From an uncultured archaeon (GTDB lineage Archaea > Micrarchaeota > Micrarchaeia > Micrarchaeales > CABMGC01), in assembly GCA_963787445.1 (NCBI GenBank), contig CAWBCT010000005.1, positions 544,001 through 608,000 on the forward strand: 64,000 nucleotides of DNA, written 5' to 3'. Below, piece after piece: positions 26,585 to 37,382 of this stretch. Position numbers and translations under genes: made by a program. The first letter of the stretch is position 1. Each line of letters opens with the position of its first letter. The notes under the pieces were generated by a model. It did not search any database, was not told the DNA's origin, and worked only from the letters and a program-made list of their open reading frames with translations.

Positions 26585-26607
26585 GTTTTTTTCTTTTATT
26601 TTTATTT
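26585..26607 (+). terminator. Oligo-T archaeal terminator after the pilin gene
   Basis: gtttttttcttttatttttattt run ~30 bp after the stop codon. Confidence 0.55.
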
Positions 26608-26642
26608 GACTTAAATTTAAATTTGTTTGAGGGTGTTGCTTA

Positions 26643-27371
26643 ATGGGAAACGTTTTATCGGACTCCTGGGAAGCATACCGCACAAACCGCAACCTAGTCC
26701 TTCTTTTCTCCATACCCTTCGTGATAGCATTCTTCATACCCCTACTGGCAACCTTCCCTACCTACGTCAGCTCCGGTGCAATCTTCATAAGGAGCGCAAG
26801 CATCTTCACAGACCTTAACTTTGCCACGGTCGCGGTGATAATAGCCGCCCTTTTCTTTTCGCTTCTCTTCATGAGCTTCGCCTTCGTTGCGATAAGCCTC
26901 GTGGTCAAGTCCAAGAAGACCAGCGTCGCTGTGTCCAAACGTGTCCTGCTTGAGATAGAGAAGTACATCGGCAAGGTCTTTGTTGTCCTTGTCCTTTACA
27001 CTGCACTTCTGCTAATAGCGAACGTCGTCGGCTACATATTTGGCATCCAGGCGCTTCTGACAAGCCTCGCAGGTTTCTTTGGCTTCCTCTTCATCTTCTA
27101 CGCGCCCAGCGCGATAGTGGTCGACAACAAGGGCATACTCCGCTCCATGAAGAACAGCCTCCTTCTGGTCGTAAAGAGCCCGCTCTACTTCATACAGTGG
27201 CTTGTCCTGATAACTGTCATCATCTCGGTCCTCGACGCAATCCTGATAGGGCTGACGGGCTTCTACGCGAGCTACATCCTGCTGCTCATAATCTCCCTCA
27301 TAGTGCTCCCTTACTTCGTCATCTTCCAAGCGGAGGCGTACATGCGGAGGTTCGCTCTGCTACGACACTGA
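26643..27371 (+). CDS. Conserved 6-TM membrane protein of unknown function
   Basis: LSDSWEAY start, ~6 TMs, YAPSAIVVD.KG...SMKNS motif. Confidence 0.8.
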   Translation: MGNVLSDSWEAYRTNRNLVLLFSIPFVIAFFIPLLATFPTYVSSGAIFIRSASIFTDLNFATVAVIIAALFFSLLFMSFAFVAISLVVKSKKTSVAVSKRVLLEIEKYIGKVFVVLVLYTALLLIANVVGYIFGIQALLTSLAGFFGFLFIFYAPSAIVVDNKGILRSMKNSLLLVVKSPLYFIQWLVLITVIISVLDAILIGLTGFYASYILLLIISLIVLPYFVIFQAEAYMRRFALLRH

Positions 27372-27412
27372 CTGATATAAATATTTTAAGCAACATCTTT
27401 TTCATACCCTAT

Positions 27413-27535
27413 GGCGGGGTAGCTCAGCCTGGTTAGAGCGCTAGACTCATATGCAAAGCACTATGAGTGAAGAGCAATTATTGCGATGACTGCTAAGAAA
27501 TCTAGAGGTCGCGGGTTCAAATCCCGCCTCCGCCA
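27413..27535 (+). tRNA. tRNA with CAT anticodon (likely elongator Met; Ile2 not excluded) and a 48-nt intron at 37/38 (27452-27499)
   Basis: GGCGGGG/CTCCGCC acceptor stem, GCTC-AGCCTGGTTA-GAGC D-arm, CTAGA-CT-CAT-A[intron]A-TCTAG, GCGGG-TTCAAAT-CCCGC; relaxed BHB (CTCA/TAAG); TATA-like tataaatattttaag upstream. Confidence 0.92.
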
Positions 27536-27589
27536 AATCCAGCATATAAAGACATTTAGAATGTCAAGTGCAGTTATAGCTGATTTTAG

Positions 27590-29425
27590 ATGAAATTTAA
27601 CATCAAAACCAGGCTATTCCCTATTTTCTACCTTGCATTAATCGTTGGCTCATTCTTCTTCATTTTTTCAAGCGTGTATCCCGGATATGCAACAACAATC
27701 GCCTGCTCGGCAGCCTTTGTAGCATTGGCAGGGTCGGTAATACTCGGCAGGGCAGAGATAAGGCGCGCGCTGGGCGGCCACATAAACAAGTACTCAGTTA
27801 TTGCCTTGCTTGCAATCATTGCGTTCTTTGTAGTATTCTCAATATTCTTTTTGAAAAAGACCGAGCTGATCTTCTTCGATGAGCAGATATACGAGAGCAT
27901 AGCCGTGAACATTGTAAACCACGGGAACGCGCTCTCATGCGCGTTTGGCACAGCCCAGCTTAAGAGCTGTTATCTAACCTCCATGGGCTTTGACCCTGGT
28001 GGGTGGCCGTTCCTGATTGCGATAGCATTTGAACTGCTCGGGGCCGGGATATCGACCGCCTACAATCTGGAGCTCTTCTTCGGCGCGGTTTCCATAGTCT
28101 CTGTTTTCTTGCTCTCCAGCCTCTTGACTGACAAAAAGGAGATTCCGGTGCTCTCCGCACTCACATTTACGCTCATACCGGAGCTCTTCATATGGTCCAG
28201 GACGATTACAAACCCAAACATACCCTTTTTGTTCCTCGCCACAATGGCTGTCTTCTTCTCTGTATTATTTGCCAGAAAACCGACAAAATCAACGCTTGCC
28301 ATGTTCTTGTCAAGCCTAGTGTTGGCCTCCTACATAAGGGTAGAAGCCCTACTGCTAATTCCTATTTTCATCATAATTTTCTTCACTTTTGGGGAGCAAA
28401 GCATCTCAAAGAGCCTTGCTTCAAGGGTCAAAGCAGTGCGAAATAAAACTACATTTTCCAAGGCACTGCCATTGCTGCTAGTATTTTCAATATTAATGCT
28501 TCCGGAGATTTATGCCATACTTGCCACGCAAAGTATACTGCTCGTAAATGCACTGCCTTTCCTGAACTCAAATAGCCAGATCTTCGCCATCTCTTACCTC
28601 CCAAACAACATACTACAGAATGCCTTGTTTTTGAGTGGCGGCGTTGCCACCTATCCGATAATCTTCTTACCTGAAATAGGCATATTTGCAATGCTCGGTG
28701 TTGCATACCTCACACTACACAAAGAGCAAAAGGGCAATAGCGTTTTGTTGATGCTTTTGTGCTTATTTTTTGGCTATCTCATATTCTACTGCCTTTATTT
28801 CTCTGGATCCGCATTGCTCGGTGGGTCAGTAAGGTTCCTTTTAATACTATATCCGGCCCTTTCCATATTGGCTGCCTTCGGGGTTTACGGGACGAGCAAA
28901 CTAATCTCCTCGCTTTTTGATAAAAGTCCCAAGAATAAAAAGTTGGTGTTCCAAAAGCCCACAATAACTGTGCTGGTGATACTATTTTTCATAACGCCAT
29001 TCTTCTACGCGATCCCATTTCTAACACACCCTAATTATCTGTATTCCGATTTCCCCACGATACCAAATACCACGTCACAGAGCAATCCATACTCAATGAT
29101 GTACGCCAATCGTTCACTGACATTCATCAATGAAAATTACAATCTAATCCCTTCAAGTTGCCTAGTACTCTCGCCCTCACCATACTTATGGTATGGACTA
29201 AATCGCAGTGCAGCCTATGTAAATTTATACAATTCTTCGGATCCGCAGCTTAAGAACTACGGCTGTTTCGTTCTTGATTACAGCTACTTCTGTGGAAACC
29301 CATTCAACAATACCTCGTGCAACACAATATTGGCTAAGTACAAGTTGAAGGTTCTAGCAACCGAGAGCGGCGACATGAGCACAAACTTCTCTCTATACCA
29401 GATAATGAATTATACCCCTTCCTAG
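27590..29425 (+). CDS. GT-C superfamily (PMT/ArnT-like) membrane glycosyltransferase
   Basis: IFFDEQIY..IA loop, D/HP.GWP, many TMs, R.EA, RFLL..YP, C-terminal extracellular domain; more AT-rich than flanks. Confidence 0.75.
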   Translation: MKFNIKTRLFPIFYLALIVGSFFFIFSSVYPGYATTIACSAAFVALAGSVILGRAEIRRALGGHINKYSVIALLAIIAFFVVFSIFFLKKTELIFFDEQIYESIAVNIVNHGNALSCAFGTAQLKSCYLTSMGFDPGGWPFLIAIAFELLGAGISTAYNLELFFGAVSIVSVFLLSSLLTDKKEIPVLSALTFTLIPELFIWSRTITNPNIPFLFLATMAVFFSVLFARKPTKSTLAMFLSSLVLASYIRVEALLLIPIFIIIFFTFGEQSISKSLASRVKAVRNKTTFSKALPLLLVFSILMLPEIYAILATQSILLVNALPFLNSNSQIFAISYLPNNILQNALFLSGGVATYPIIFLPEIGIFAMLGVAYLTLHKEQKGNSVLLMLLCLFFGYLIFYCLYFSGSALLGGSVRFLLILYPALSILAAFGVYGTSKLISSLFDKSPKNKKLVFQKPTITVLVILFFITPFFYAIPFLTHPNYLYSDFPTIPNTTSQSNPYSMMYANRSLTFINENYNLIPSSCLVLSPSPYLWYGLNRSAAYVNLYNSSDPQLKNYGCFVLDYSYFCGNPFNNTSCNTILAKYKLKVLATESGDMSTNFSLYQIMNYTPS

Positions 29426-31255
29426 CCCCTTGAAATCTTGTATATCCTGCTGTCGCTGTTGTTGAAGACCAGCGTCAGCGTGTAGTTTCCCATGCTGCAC
29501 GACGTGCAGTTGAGCAGTTCGATGTAGACTGTGCTGTCTAGGCCCGGCGGCGTGTAGTTGCCCTGCAGGTAATAGGTGCTGCCGTAGCCGCCCTCGATGG
29601 AGATGGCCAGGCTCTCTTCCTGCCATATCCCCCTGAAGAAGAGGTACGTCGGCAGGCCCTGCGGCAGGGAAGAGAGGTAGCTTGAGTTGGTGCTCTGACC
29701 GAAGACCCAGCGCGCGAAGGCGTAGGTTCTAGTCGCATTGAGGCTGCCAACCGTGTCCATCCAAACCGTCCGGTTGGCCACCGACTCTATCACCGAGCCA
29801 TCTGGCCAGAGGCTGACGATCAGGCTGTTGCTGGGCGTGTGCGAGCCCAGCCAGGCGGAAGCGTTGATAAAATTGCCGTTTATGTAATCTGCCGGGCGCC
29901 GTATTCCAAAGGGAAGCAACCGTGAATACCGGCAGCAGGATGATGAGCATGCCAAAAAAGTAGCGCATGTATCTCCTTAGCCTCCTGTCCTTCTTTCTTT
30001 CATCAAAGGTCTTCAGCACGACGAATGCGCTAAGGAGCCCAAGCGGGACCACTAGCAGCGTGGCAAACCGAATCACCGACATCGAAAGGTAAAGCGTGAC
30101 CGAGAACCATCCGAAAAGCAGGATGACTGCCTGGCTCTTGAAATATTTCCTCATGAAATACAGGGAGGCCAGGACTAAAACCGCCCAGAGCCCTAGAATC
30201 ACCGGAATGAATGGGGCAGCAGCGTTCCCACCATCATCCCCCAACCGATTGGCGTCATGAACATCAGCGAGCCGAGCGAATTGATGTAGGTAATCTGGTT
30301 GGGCGGCTGCAGCTCAGAGATGGTGCTGAAGAGAAGCGTATTCGGAGTGAACCCGTTTCCCACCACTATGTACTGCAAAAGGTCTGATTGCACAAAAACC
30401 AGGAGACCAAAAACGACAACACAAACGGCGTAAAAAACCAGCTTGTTCTTTGGTTTGCCATAAAAGATGGCCGTAAGCGACGCCATCCCTAAAAATATTA
30501 TGACCGACACGACTGCCCCGTCGAGGGCATGGGCACGATCCATCCTGCCGCAGCAAGAACTATGGAGAGTATTGCAAATGGCAGATACGCAATCGGAAAA
30601 GACCACATCCTGACCTTCTTCCCCTTGTAAAACAGGAGGAAAAGTGCGAATGCCACGAAGAACGCAAAAATACCAAACTGGCCGCCTCCCCAGAAAAGCT
30701 CGGCGAGCGCAAAGCTTACTCCCGCAGCGCAGGCAAAAAGATACCACCTTTCCGAATTCAGGGAATAATAGAGTGCTATGAAGGCAATGAGAATCCAGAG
30801 GGAGACAAAACCGTCTCCGCGATAGGTGCCCAACGCCGTCCTGGCTATGGACGCAACTGCAATGAAAACGAAGAAGAGCCCAAGGAGCAGGAACTGCCTG
30901 TCGTTCCAGATTAACCTTATGAATATAATTGCAAAAATGAATTCCAAAGCGTAGAAAATAAAAGGAGTGATGAGGATTGACACCATGGCGCTAAATCCGA
31001 ACGCCATCAGGAAGCAACGGAGTGAAGGTAAAGCCCAACAGGCTCCGGAATTATCGTGGCAGGATAACCGGACGTGCTTAGATATTGTGGCACATGCCCC
31101 ATAGCAATGGCTGTCCTGACGACTTCATAATGGTAGTAGACGTCCGGCTCGAAGAAAAAGCCGCTAGTGTAGAAATACTATCCTTAAAACAGGCCCGCTA
31201 CAAAGATGATGGCAACTAAAAGCAGCAGTTTCTGATTCTTGTCCAAACTTGTCAC
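29422..31255 (-). pseudogene. STT3/AglB-like oligosaccharyltransferase, split by several frameshifts
   Basis: Fragments in order: FFEPDVYYHY (~31155-31125), ARTALGTYRGDGF, TISELQPP, IRFATL, SLWPDGSVI (WWDYG position). Spread over ORFs 30498-31007, 30199-30747, 29729-30244 and 29422-29955; may be intact in vivo. Confidence 0.7.
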
Positions 31256-31545
31256 CAACCCTACAGATTAATTGCGGGCAAGAATTAAAAGATGACCAAA
31301 ACATCTTAATTCCCACCCGAGATAATCGCACTTATTATTTTGGAACCTTTTGCGCGACAGCTCCATGAATCAAGGATCCACCCTGTAGGTTTCTAACGGC
31401 TATATCGTCCGACAACATGTCGTCGAGACCAAACATCACCGAAAGGTTTAAATATCTTATGTCCAAATATTAATATACTCTTTTTAGAAAGATTTAAAAG
31501 CTATTCCAAATTTCACAAGGTTACGATCAATATTCGGTGATAGAT

Positions 31546-32592
31546 ATGGCAAAAACCCACAAACAGCCAAAAGAAGCAGCAATCAGGTCCAAAGCCCCTC
31601 ATGCACAGAACAGCAGGCCTACAACACCCACGATGGTCACGTTCCGAGCAGCATAGGAGCGAAGGAGCTCCCGAGCATGGGACGTGACATAAAGAGATGC
31701 CCGAGCTGCGGCAACACGGAGATCATTTTTGACAACGAGCGCGGAGAGTACATCTGCAACAACTGCGGACTCGTAATAGAGGAGAACGTCACGGACGAAG
31801 GTCCTGAGTGGCGAGCATTCGACTCTGACCAGCGCAATGCCCGCGCAAGGACAGGCGCCCCGATCAAGTACATGAAGCCGAACAAGGGCCTCGTCACAGA
31901 AATCGACATGTACAACAAGGACATCAAGGGCACGAAGCTCTCCTCAAAGCGCCAGGCGCAGCTGTACAGGATGCGCAAGTGGCACAAGAGGGCAAGCATC
32001 GCAAGCTCAAGCGAGCGCAATTATCTTGTCGCTCTGCCGGAGCTGAACCGCGTCTCAAGCTATCTCGGCCTGCCGGACAACATCCGCGAGCAGGCTGCAC
32101 TTCTCTACAGGCAGTGCGTGAAGAACAACCTGATCCGCGGAAGGCCTATCGAGACTGTGGTCAATGCGGCACTCTATGCAACCTGCAGGAGCGCGGGCAT
32201 GCCCAGGACTCTCGACGAGATCTCGCAGATATCCAACGTTTCAAAGAAGGAGATCGGCAGGACGTACCGCATAATCGCGCACGAACTTAACCTGAAGATC
32301 CCCCTGACAGACCCGTCGGCCTACGTGCCGAGGTATGTGGCTGCATTTGAAGCTCAGCGGTGAGGCGCAGGAGCGATCGCTCCAGCTGCTCAAGCAGGCG
32401 ATGAAGAAGGGACTGATAAGCGGAAGGAGCCCGACAGGGGTCTCTGCCGCCGCGGTATACATCGCAGGCGCGCTGGTAAGCGAGCGCCGCACCCAAAAGG
32501 AGGTCGCGGACGTTGCCGGCGTGACCGAGGTAACCATACGAAACAGGTACAGGGAACTCAAGCAGGAGCTCAAGATAGACGTTAATCTCTAG
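31546..32592 (+). CDS. tfb: Transcription initiation factor IIB (TFB), apparent frameshifts
   Basis: CPSC...CNNC zinc ribbon, [14 protein letters not shown], two cyclin repeats, [19 protein letters not shown]. An extra T at ~32346-32348 splits ORFs 31677-32363 and 32335-32592. The SD-preceded ATG at 31546 is out of frame, so the start could be 31677. Confidence 0.9.
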
Positions 32593-32600
32593 GTAGGGCC

Positions 32601-33018
32601 ATGAAGGCCTTACCTTCTTTTTCTTTTTTTGTTCTTATCCCACTGCTACTCTTGCCGGCGTCACAGCTGTACAACCAGAACTATACTGTCCAGCAGGCAA
32701 ACTTTTCGCTGGTCGCAGGCGGAGAGCTACATAAATTCCGTCAACCAGAGCTCGTACCTCATCTTCTCCCCAAACCTTAGCGCCGCCTACTCCTATCTGG
32801 GCAGGGCCCAGGAGCTGCAGAACTCCTCCCCCACCCTTGCGATAAGCTATGCGCAGCTGGCGACCACCCAGGCAAGCATCGCCTACGGCCAGATAAGCAG
32901 CTACAAAAAATACGCGGCGCTGATAACCCTCTTCCTTACGGCTTGGGTCGGTGCCATCCTGTATGTGTTAATGAAACCTTCCGCTAAATCAGATAAGAGG
33001 CGTTTTAATGGTAGATAA
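32601..33018 (+). CDS. Small exported protein with C-terminal TM anchor, probable frameshift near 32715
   Basis: ATG at 32601 gives a signal-like N-terminus; the downstream frame (ORF 32629-33018) gives a helical domain, a TM and a basic tail. Confidence 0.5.
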
Positions 33019-34276
33019 AGCCACTGCACTTGAGAAGCACAAGGAGAAGCACGGAAAGATCGAGATGATAGGCAAGGTTCCTGTAGAGACGACCGAGGAA
33101 CTCTCCACCTACTACACTCCTGGCGTTGCCTATGTCTCGCAGGAGATAAAAGCGCACCCGGAGGAGGTATTCACTTACACCAACAAAGGGAATACGCTCG
33201 CCATTGTAACCGACGGCACCCGCATCCTCGGCCTTGGCGACATAGGTCCGGAAGCAGGCCTGCCGGTCATGGAGGGCAAGGCCCTCCTGTTCAAGAAGTT
33301 CGGAGGCGTCGATGCTGTGCCGGTCTGCATCAAAAAGAGCAGCGAGGAGGAGATCCTCAAGCTTCTTCAGCAGATAGAGCCCTCCTTCGGCGCGATAAAC
33401 CTAGAGGACATCGAGTCGCCGAAGTCGCTGCGCGTAGTCCGGGAGGCTGCGAAGCTTCTCCAGATACCTGTATTTCACGATGACCAGCAGGGCACCGCCG
33501 TGGTCGCCTTCGCCGCGCTCACCAACTCCCTCAAGCTCGCAGGGAAGGCCAAGGATGTAAAGATAGTCCTTCTGGGCGCGGGATCAGCGGGCATCGGCAT
33601 CGCCAAGCTCCTGCACTTCGCCGGCTTCAAGAACCTGTACGTGCTTGACAGCAAGGGCGCGATATATCGGGGCAGGCAGGACGGGATGAACGAGTTCAAG
33701 GAGGAGATAGCGATATCCAGCAACCCGCAGAACCTTCAGGGAGGCCTTGAGCAGATGATCGAGGGCGCAGACGTCTTCATCGGCGTAAGCGGCGTGCCTG
33801 GTGCCTTCAGCAGGGAGCTGATAAAGAAGATGGCTGAGAGGCCGATAGTCCTTGCGTTGACAAATCCCACCCCTGAGATAACCTACCAGGATGCGCGCAG
33901 CGCAGGCGCATTCATAGCGGCGACAGGAAGCAGCGCAACACCCAACCAGGTGAACAACAGCGTCGCCTTCCCGGGCATCTCACGAGGCCTTCTCGAGGTG
34001 CGCGCACGCCACCTGAGCGAGTCCATGCTGTACGCCGCAGCGCAGGCGATAGCCAAGACTGTAAGTAAAAACCTCAGTGTTGAGAGGATAATGCCCAGGA
34101 TGACCGAGAGAAAGGAGGCCTACAAGGTCTCAGAAGGGGTGGCCTCTGCGATAGGCGCAGCGGCAATGAAGGAGGGCATCGCAAGGCTTAACAAGGACCC
34201 GAAGGAGATAAGGGCCAACACGCGAGCCCTGCTGAAGCGCTACGCGCGCCTAGAGAAGAGGGTCTCGAAGCTCTAA
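33008..34276 (+). CDS. NAD(P)-dependent malic enzyme
   Basis: [62 protein letters not shown]. Confidence 0.95.
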   Translation: MVDKATALEKHKEKHGKIEMIGKVPVETTEELSTYYTPGVAYVSQEIKAHPEEVFTYTNKGNTLAIVTDGTRILGLGDIGPEAGLPVMEGKALLFKKFGGVDAVPVCIKKSSEEEILKLLQQIEPSFGAINLEDIESPKSLRVVREAAKLLQIPVFHDDQQGTAVVAFAALTNSLKLAGKAKDVKIVLLGAGSAGIGIAKLLHFAGFKNLYVLDSKGAIYRGRQDGMNEFKEEIAISSNPQNLQGGLEQMIEGADVFIGVSGVPGAFSRELIKKMAERPIVLALTNPTPEITYQDARSAGAFIAATGSSATPNQVNNSVAFPGISRGLLEVRARHLSESMLYAAAQAIAKTVSKNLSVERIMPRMTERKEAYKVSEGVASAIGAAAMKEGIARLNKDPKEIRANTRALLKRYARLEKRVSKL

Positions 34277-34415
34277 TATTAGCTATTCTATAGGGCAAAG
34301 AGATGGCCCTAGCCATGCCTTCGGCAAGCAACATTTACTATCAGAAGAAGACCCTGAAAGGGGTAAAATAAAAGAAAGAAAAACACAAATCGCTATCGAG
34401 AAACGCCTAGGGCGT

Positions 34416-34787
34416 TTACATCGAAGCTACTATGCTTCCTAGTGTAGCAAGGACGAAGCCGAGCAACGCATACCAAGCCCAAACTGAGCCTGCTGTAAGC
34501 GCTACCAGAGCGATTCCCGCCATGAAGGAGATCTTCATTCCCCATTCCACTGCCATCTTCTCGCCCTTCATAAGGCCGAAGCTGGTCAAGAATAGAGAGA
34601 CGGCGCCGACTGCTCCAAGTCCGAGCACTAGCGACCAGACCACATTAGCCAACGAGGCTCCTGCGCTCCATGCGCTTACCCCTCCCCCAGACACTAGGGT
34701 GAACGCTACATAGAGGTATACCAACGAGCCCAAAAAGGCTAGTACAAAACCCCATGTTTTGTTTCCAGACATTTCACTTTTTGCCAT
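34416..34787 (-). CDS. Small 4-TM membrane protein, paralog of 10081-10476
   Basis: WGFVLAFLGSLVYL ... GIALVALT ... LGFVLATLGS matches the layout of ORF 10081. Confidence 0.8.
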   Translation of the reverse strand: MAKSEMSGNKTWGFVLAFLGSLVYLYVAFTLVSGGGVSAWSAGASLANVVWSLVLGLGAVGAVSLFLTSFGLMKGEKMAVEWGMKISFMAGIALVALTAGSVWAWYALLGFVLATLGSIVASM

Positions 34788-34840
34788 GTTCTCACTTTCA
34801 GTAAGAAGGTAAACTCCATGCTATTTAAGGCGATATCCAG

Positions 34841-34876
34841 GTTAGACAACTGACGTTCAGTTAGACATCTGACGTT
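34841..34876. repeat. Tandem 17-bp direct repeat upstream of a TATA box
   Basis: gttagacaactgacgtt (34841-34857) and gttagacatctgacgtt (34860-34876), 16/17 identical; minus-strand TATA ttaaatag at 34821-34828. Confidence 0.7.
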
Positions 34877-34890
34877 GCCCTGGGAAGAGC

Positions 34891-35868
34891 TCACTGGACT
34901 GTTTTCTGCCTTATGCAGGCCATTATCTCAAGCTCCTTTAGGCTGAAGGGATGGACATTGTAGCCCTCTTTGTCGAGGTTGCTTGCCATTATTGCCGGGC
35001 TAGCGCCCTTTCCGTAGGTGTAGACCAGCCTCGGCGCGCAGGCGTCTATGTACTCCACCGACTGGGCGTAATCGGCATGGTCGCTCAGGCAGAACTGGAC
35101 ATCCGTGCCCAGGTGGAACACCTTGGCGAATCCGCTGGCAATTCCGGTATACACCTTCCTATCGTAGACCCTTGAGAGCCTCGCCTTCATGGGACCGACC
35201 TCTGACATGCTGACTATCCCGAAGAAGTTACCCGAGACCGCATCCTCGAAACCGGTCTCGTTATCCATGGAGATATAATCCAGCTTTGTCCCGTGCCTCT
35301 CGTAAACCTGGTTTACCCTGCCGATCTTGTTCCCTACCACGGGCGCTATGCCTGCCTCGTTAGCTATCTTCACGAGCTCCTGGGCCTTTCCGAGCGTGTA
35401 CGCTCCGAAGACGACTATCCCCCTCTCGAGCTTTGAGGAGAGGTAATGCTGGATGGCTGTAGTAACCTCCTCCTTGTCGTCAAACCTGAGCCTCTTGTCC
35501 GGGTATGTGGCGTCTATTACCAGAACGTCCGCCCTGCGCGTCTCTATGGGCTCGGCAACCTTCGACGGCAGCATCTGGAAGTCGCCGCTGTAGATGAATG
35601 AGAAGCCGTCCGCCTCGGCGTAGAGCTGCTTTGACCCGAGTATGTGGCCTGCGTCGAGCAGCTTCACGCCCTCCAGCTCTATATGATTGTCTATGCTCTT
35701 CTTGCTTCGAACCTCGATGAGCTCCTTCGTTATCCTGCTTGAGATTAGCCCCTTGCTCTTGCAGATGCCTGAGGTGTGGTCCGAGTGGGCGTGCGAGACG
35801 AAGTTTATGTTTGCCGCGGCGTCGCGCGTGTCGAGTGAGATGTTTGCGTCGCCGAGCCTAAGTCCCAT
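34891..35868 (-). CDS. Metallo-beta-lactamase fold, beta-CASP-like nuclease
   Basis: SHAHSDH, AGHILGS, YSGD, DATY, YTLGKAQE, LSDHADY. Confidence 0.88.
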   Translation of the reverse strand: MGLRLGDANISLDTRDAAANINFVSHAHSDHTSGICKSKGLISSRITKELIEVRSKKSIDNHIELEGVKLLDAGHILGSKQLYAEADGFSFIYSGDFQMLPSKVAEPIETRRADVLVIDATYPDKRLRFDDKEEVTTAIQHYLSSKLERGIVVFGAYTLGKAQELVKIANEAGIAPVVGNKIGRVNQVYERHGTKLDYISMDNETGFEDAVSGNFFGIVSMSEVGPMKARLSRVYDRKVYTGIASGFAKVFHLGTDVQFCLSDHADYAQSVEYIDACAPRLVYTYGKGASPAIMASNLDKEGYNVHPFSLKELEIMACIRQKTVQ

Positions 35869-35950
35869 CAAGTCGCCTATCTGGGTTGCACGTTAAGTCT
35901 TTTATACTTATTTTGAGCAACTCATTACCAAGGTTCTATTTTGTGATCTG

Positions 35951-36892
35951 ATGGCTGAAAAACTCATAATCATAGGCTCAGGCCCTGCGGGCCTCGCCGC
36001 CGCGATCTACGCCGCGAGGGAGGGCTTCGAGCCCCTCGTCATAGCGGGCACGCGCGGGGGCGGCCAGCTCGAGCTCACCAGCATTGTGGAGAACATACCG
36101 GGCTTCCCGGACGGGATAGACGGCCCCGAGTTCGTGAAGAGGACCAAGGCCCAGGCAGAGAAGTTCGGCACCAGGTTCCTGTACGAAGATGTCACCGCGG
36201 TCTCGCTTAGCTCAAAACCGTTTGCCATAACGGCCGGCGGCAAGCAGTACCTCGCCGATTCCGTAATAATCGCAACCGGCGCCAATGCAAAGTGGCTGGG
36301 CCTTCCCTCCGAACAGCGGCTCATAGGCAAGGGAGTCTCAAGCTGCGGCACCTGCGACGGGCCATTCTTCAAGAACAAGAACGTCCTGGTGGTGGGCGGA
36401 GGGGACACGGCCATGGAGGACGCGCTCTTCCTCACGAAGTTCGCGAGCTCCGTCACCGTGGTGCACCGCAAGGAGTCGCTCAGGGCGAGCAAGATCATGC
36501 AGGAGCGCGCAATCTCAAACAGCAAGATAAAATTCATCTGGAACAGCACCCTAGAGGAGGTCCTCGGGACAGACCACGTTGAAGGGGTGAAGATAAGGAA
36601 CCTTATCGATGGCCAGATAACCTCCATGCCGATGGACGGGGTCTTCGTTGCCATAGGCTATGCGCCAAACACGGACATGGTTAAGGGCCAGCTAAGGCTG
36701 GACGATGCGGGCTACATAGTGACCGTAGACGAGGTCAAGACAGAGATAGAGGGGGTTTTCATAGCCGGTGATGTCGCCGACAAGTACTACCGCCAGGCCG
36801 CCACAGCCGTGGCCAGCGGCGTTAAATGCGCCCTCCTGGCGCGCGAGTACCTCTCCCTGCTTGCCTACCAGAGGGCCAAGGAAAACAAGTAG
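35951..36892 (+). CDS. trxB: Thioredoxin reductase
   Basis: IIGSGPAG, GGQL, ATGA, GVSSCGTCDG, VGGGDTAMED, GVFIAGDV..YRQA.TA. Confidence 0.96.
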   Translation: MAEKLIIIGSGPAGLAAAIYAAREGFEPLVIAGTRGGGQLELTSIVENIPGFPDGIDGPEFVKRTKAQAEKFGTRFLYEDVTAVSLSSKPFAITAGGKQYLADSVIIATGANAKWLGLPSEQRLIGKGVSSCGTCDGPFFKNKNVLVVGGGDTAMEDALFLTKFASSVTVVHRKESLRASKIMQERAISNSKIKFIWNSTLEEVLGTDHVEGVKIRNLIDGQITSMPMDGVFVAIGYAPNTDMVKGQLRLDDAGYIVTVDEVKTEIEGVFIAGDVADKYYRQAATAVASGVKCALLAREYLSLLAYQRAKENK

Positions 36893-37372
36893 CTACTCAT
36901 CCTCGGTTCCGAGCATGTTTCTTGACCTGCCCTTCCTCTGCCTGGGTATCTCTTCTCCCTGCTCATCAAAATCATAGACCGGCTGCTGTTTCTGCGGCTT
37001 CTTCTTGACCTGCTGAGGCTCTTCATCCTTAACACCCTCATCGGCCACCGGCTCGCCTGCTAGGCCCGCGTAATCATCCGGGCTCTCCTTCTTGTCAAAG
37101 CCTTTCATCGCGTTTTTCCTGTCGTACCTGGGTGCCAGGCTCTCGCTAACCTTGGCCTCATAGGGCCCTGCCGTCTCCCTAGCCGCAAACTGCCTCCCCT
37201 CCTGGGCCCTGCCCTCCGCATGTATGACGTAGATCGAGTACAGTACCGCGACTATGGATATCGCTACCGCCCCTATCCCCAGATTCATGTCGCTTGTAAC
37301 CATGGATGCGACTGTCATCACCAGCGCCACGAGAATGATCACCGCGATTGCGTACTCCTCTTTTCGGTTCAT
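36893..37372 (-). CDS. Hypothetical protein, 2 N-terminal TMs and a charged tail
   Basis: Two hydrophobic segments followed by a disordered acidic/basic region; follows the surface protein gene. Confidence 0.7.
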   Translation of the reverse strand: MNRKEEYAIAVIILVALVMTVASMVTSDMNLGIGAVAISIVAVLYSIYVIHAEGRAQEGRQFAARETAGPYEAKVSESLAPRYDRKNAMKGFDKKESPDDYAGLAGEPVADEGVKDEEPQQVKKKPQKQQPVYDFDEQGEEIPRQRKGRSRNMLGTEDE

Positions 37373-37382
37373 AAATTCACCA

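Noticed and set aside
9959-27535. Integrated conjugative element or provirus bounded by tRNA-His and tRNA-CAT
   Set aside because: No integrase, relaxase, capsid gene or duplicated tRNA 3' end was seen, and the interval contains core genes (rpoF, DUF655).
32335-32363. Programmed ribosomal frameshift in TFB
   Set aside because: No slippery heptamer or stimulatory structure is evident, and neighbouring genes carry similar single-base indels, pointing to sequence error.
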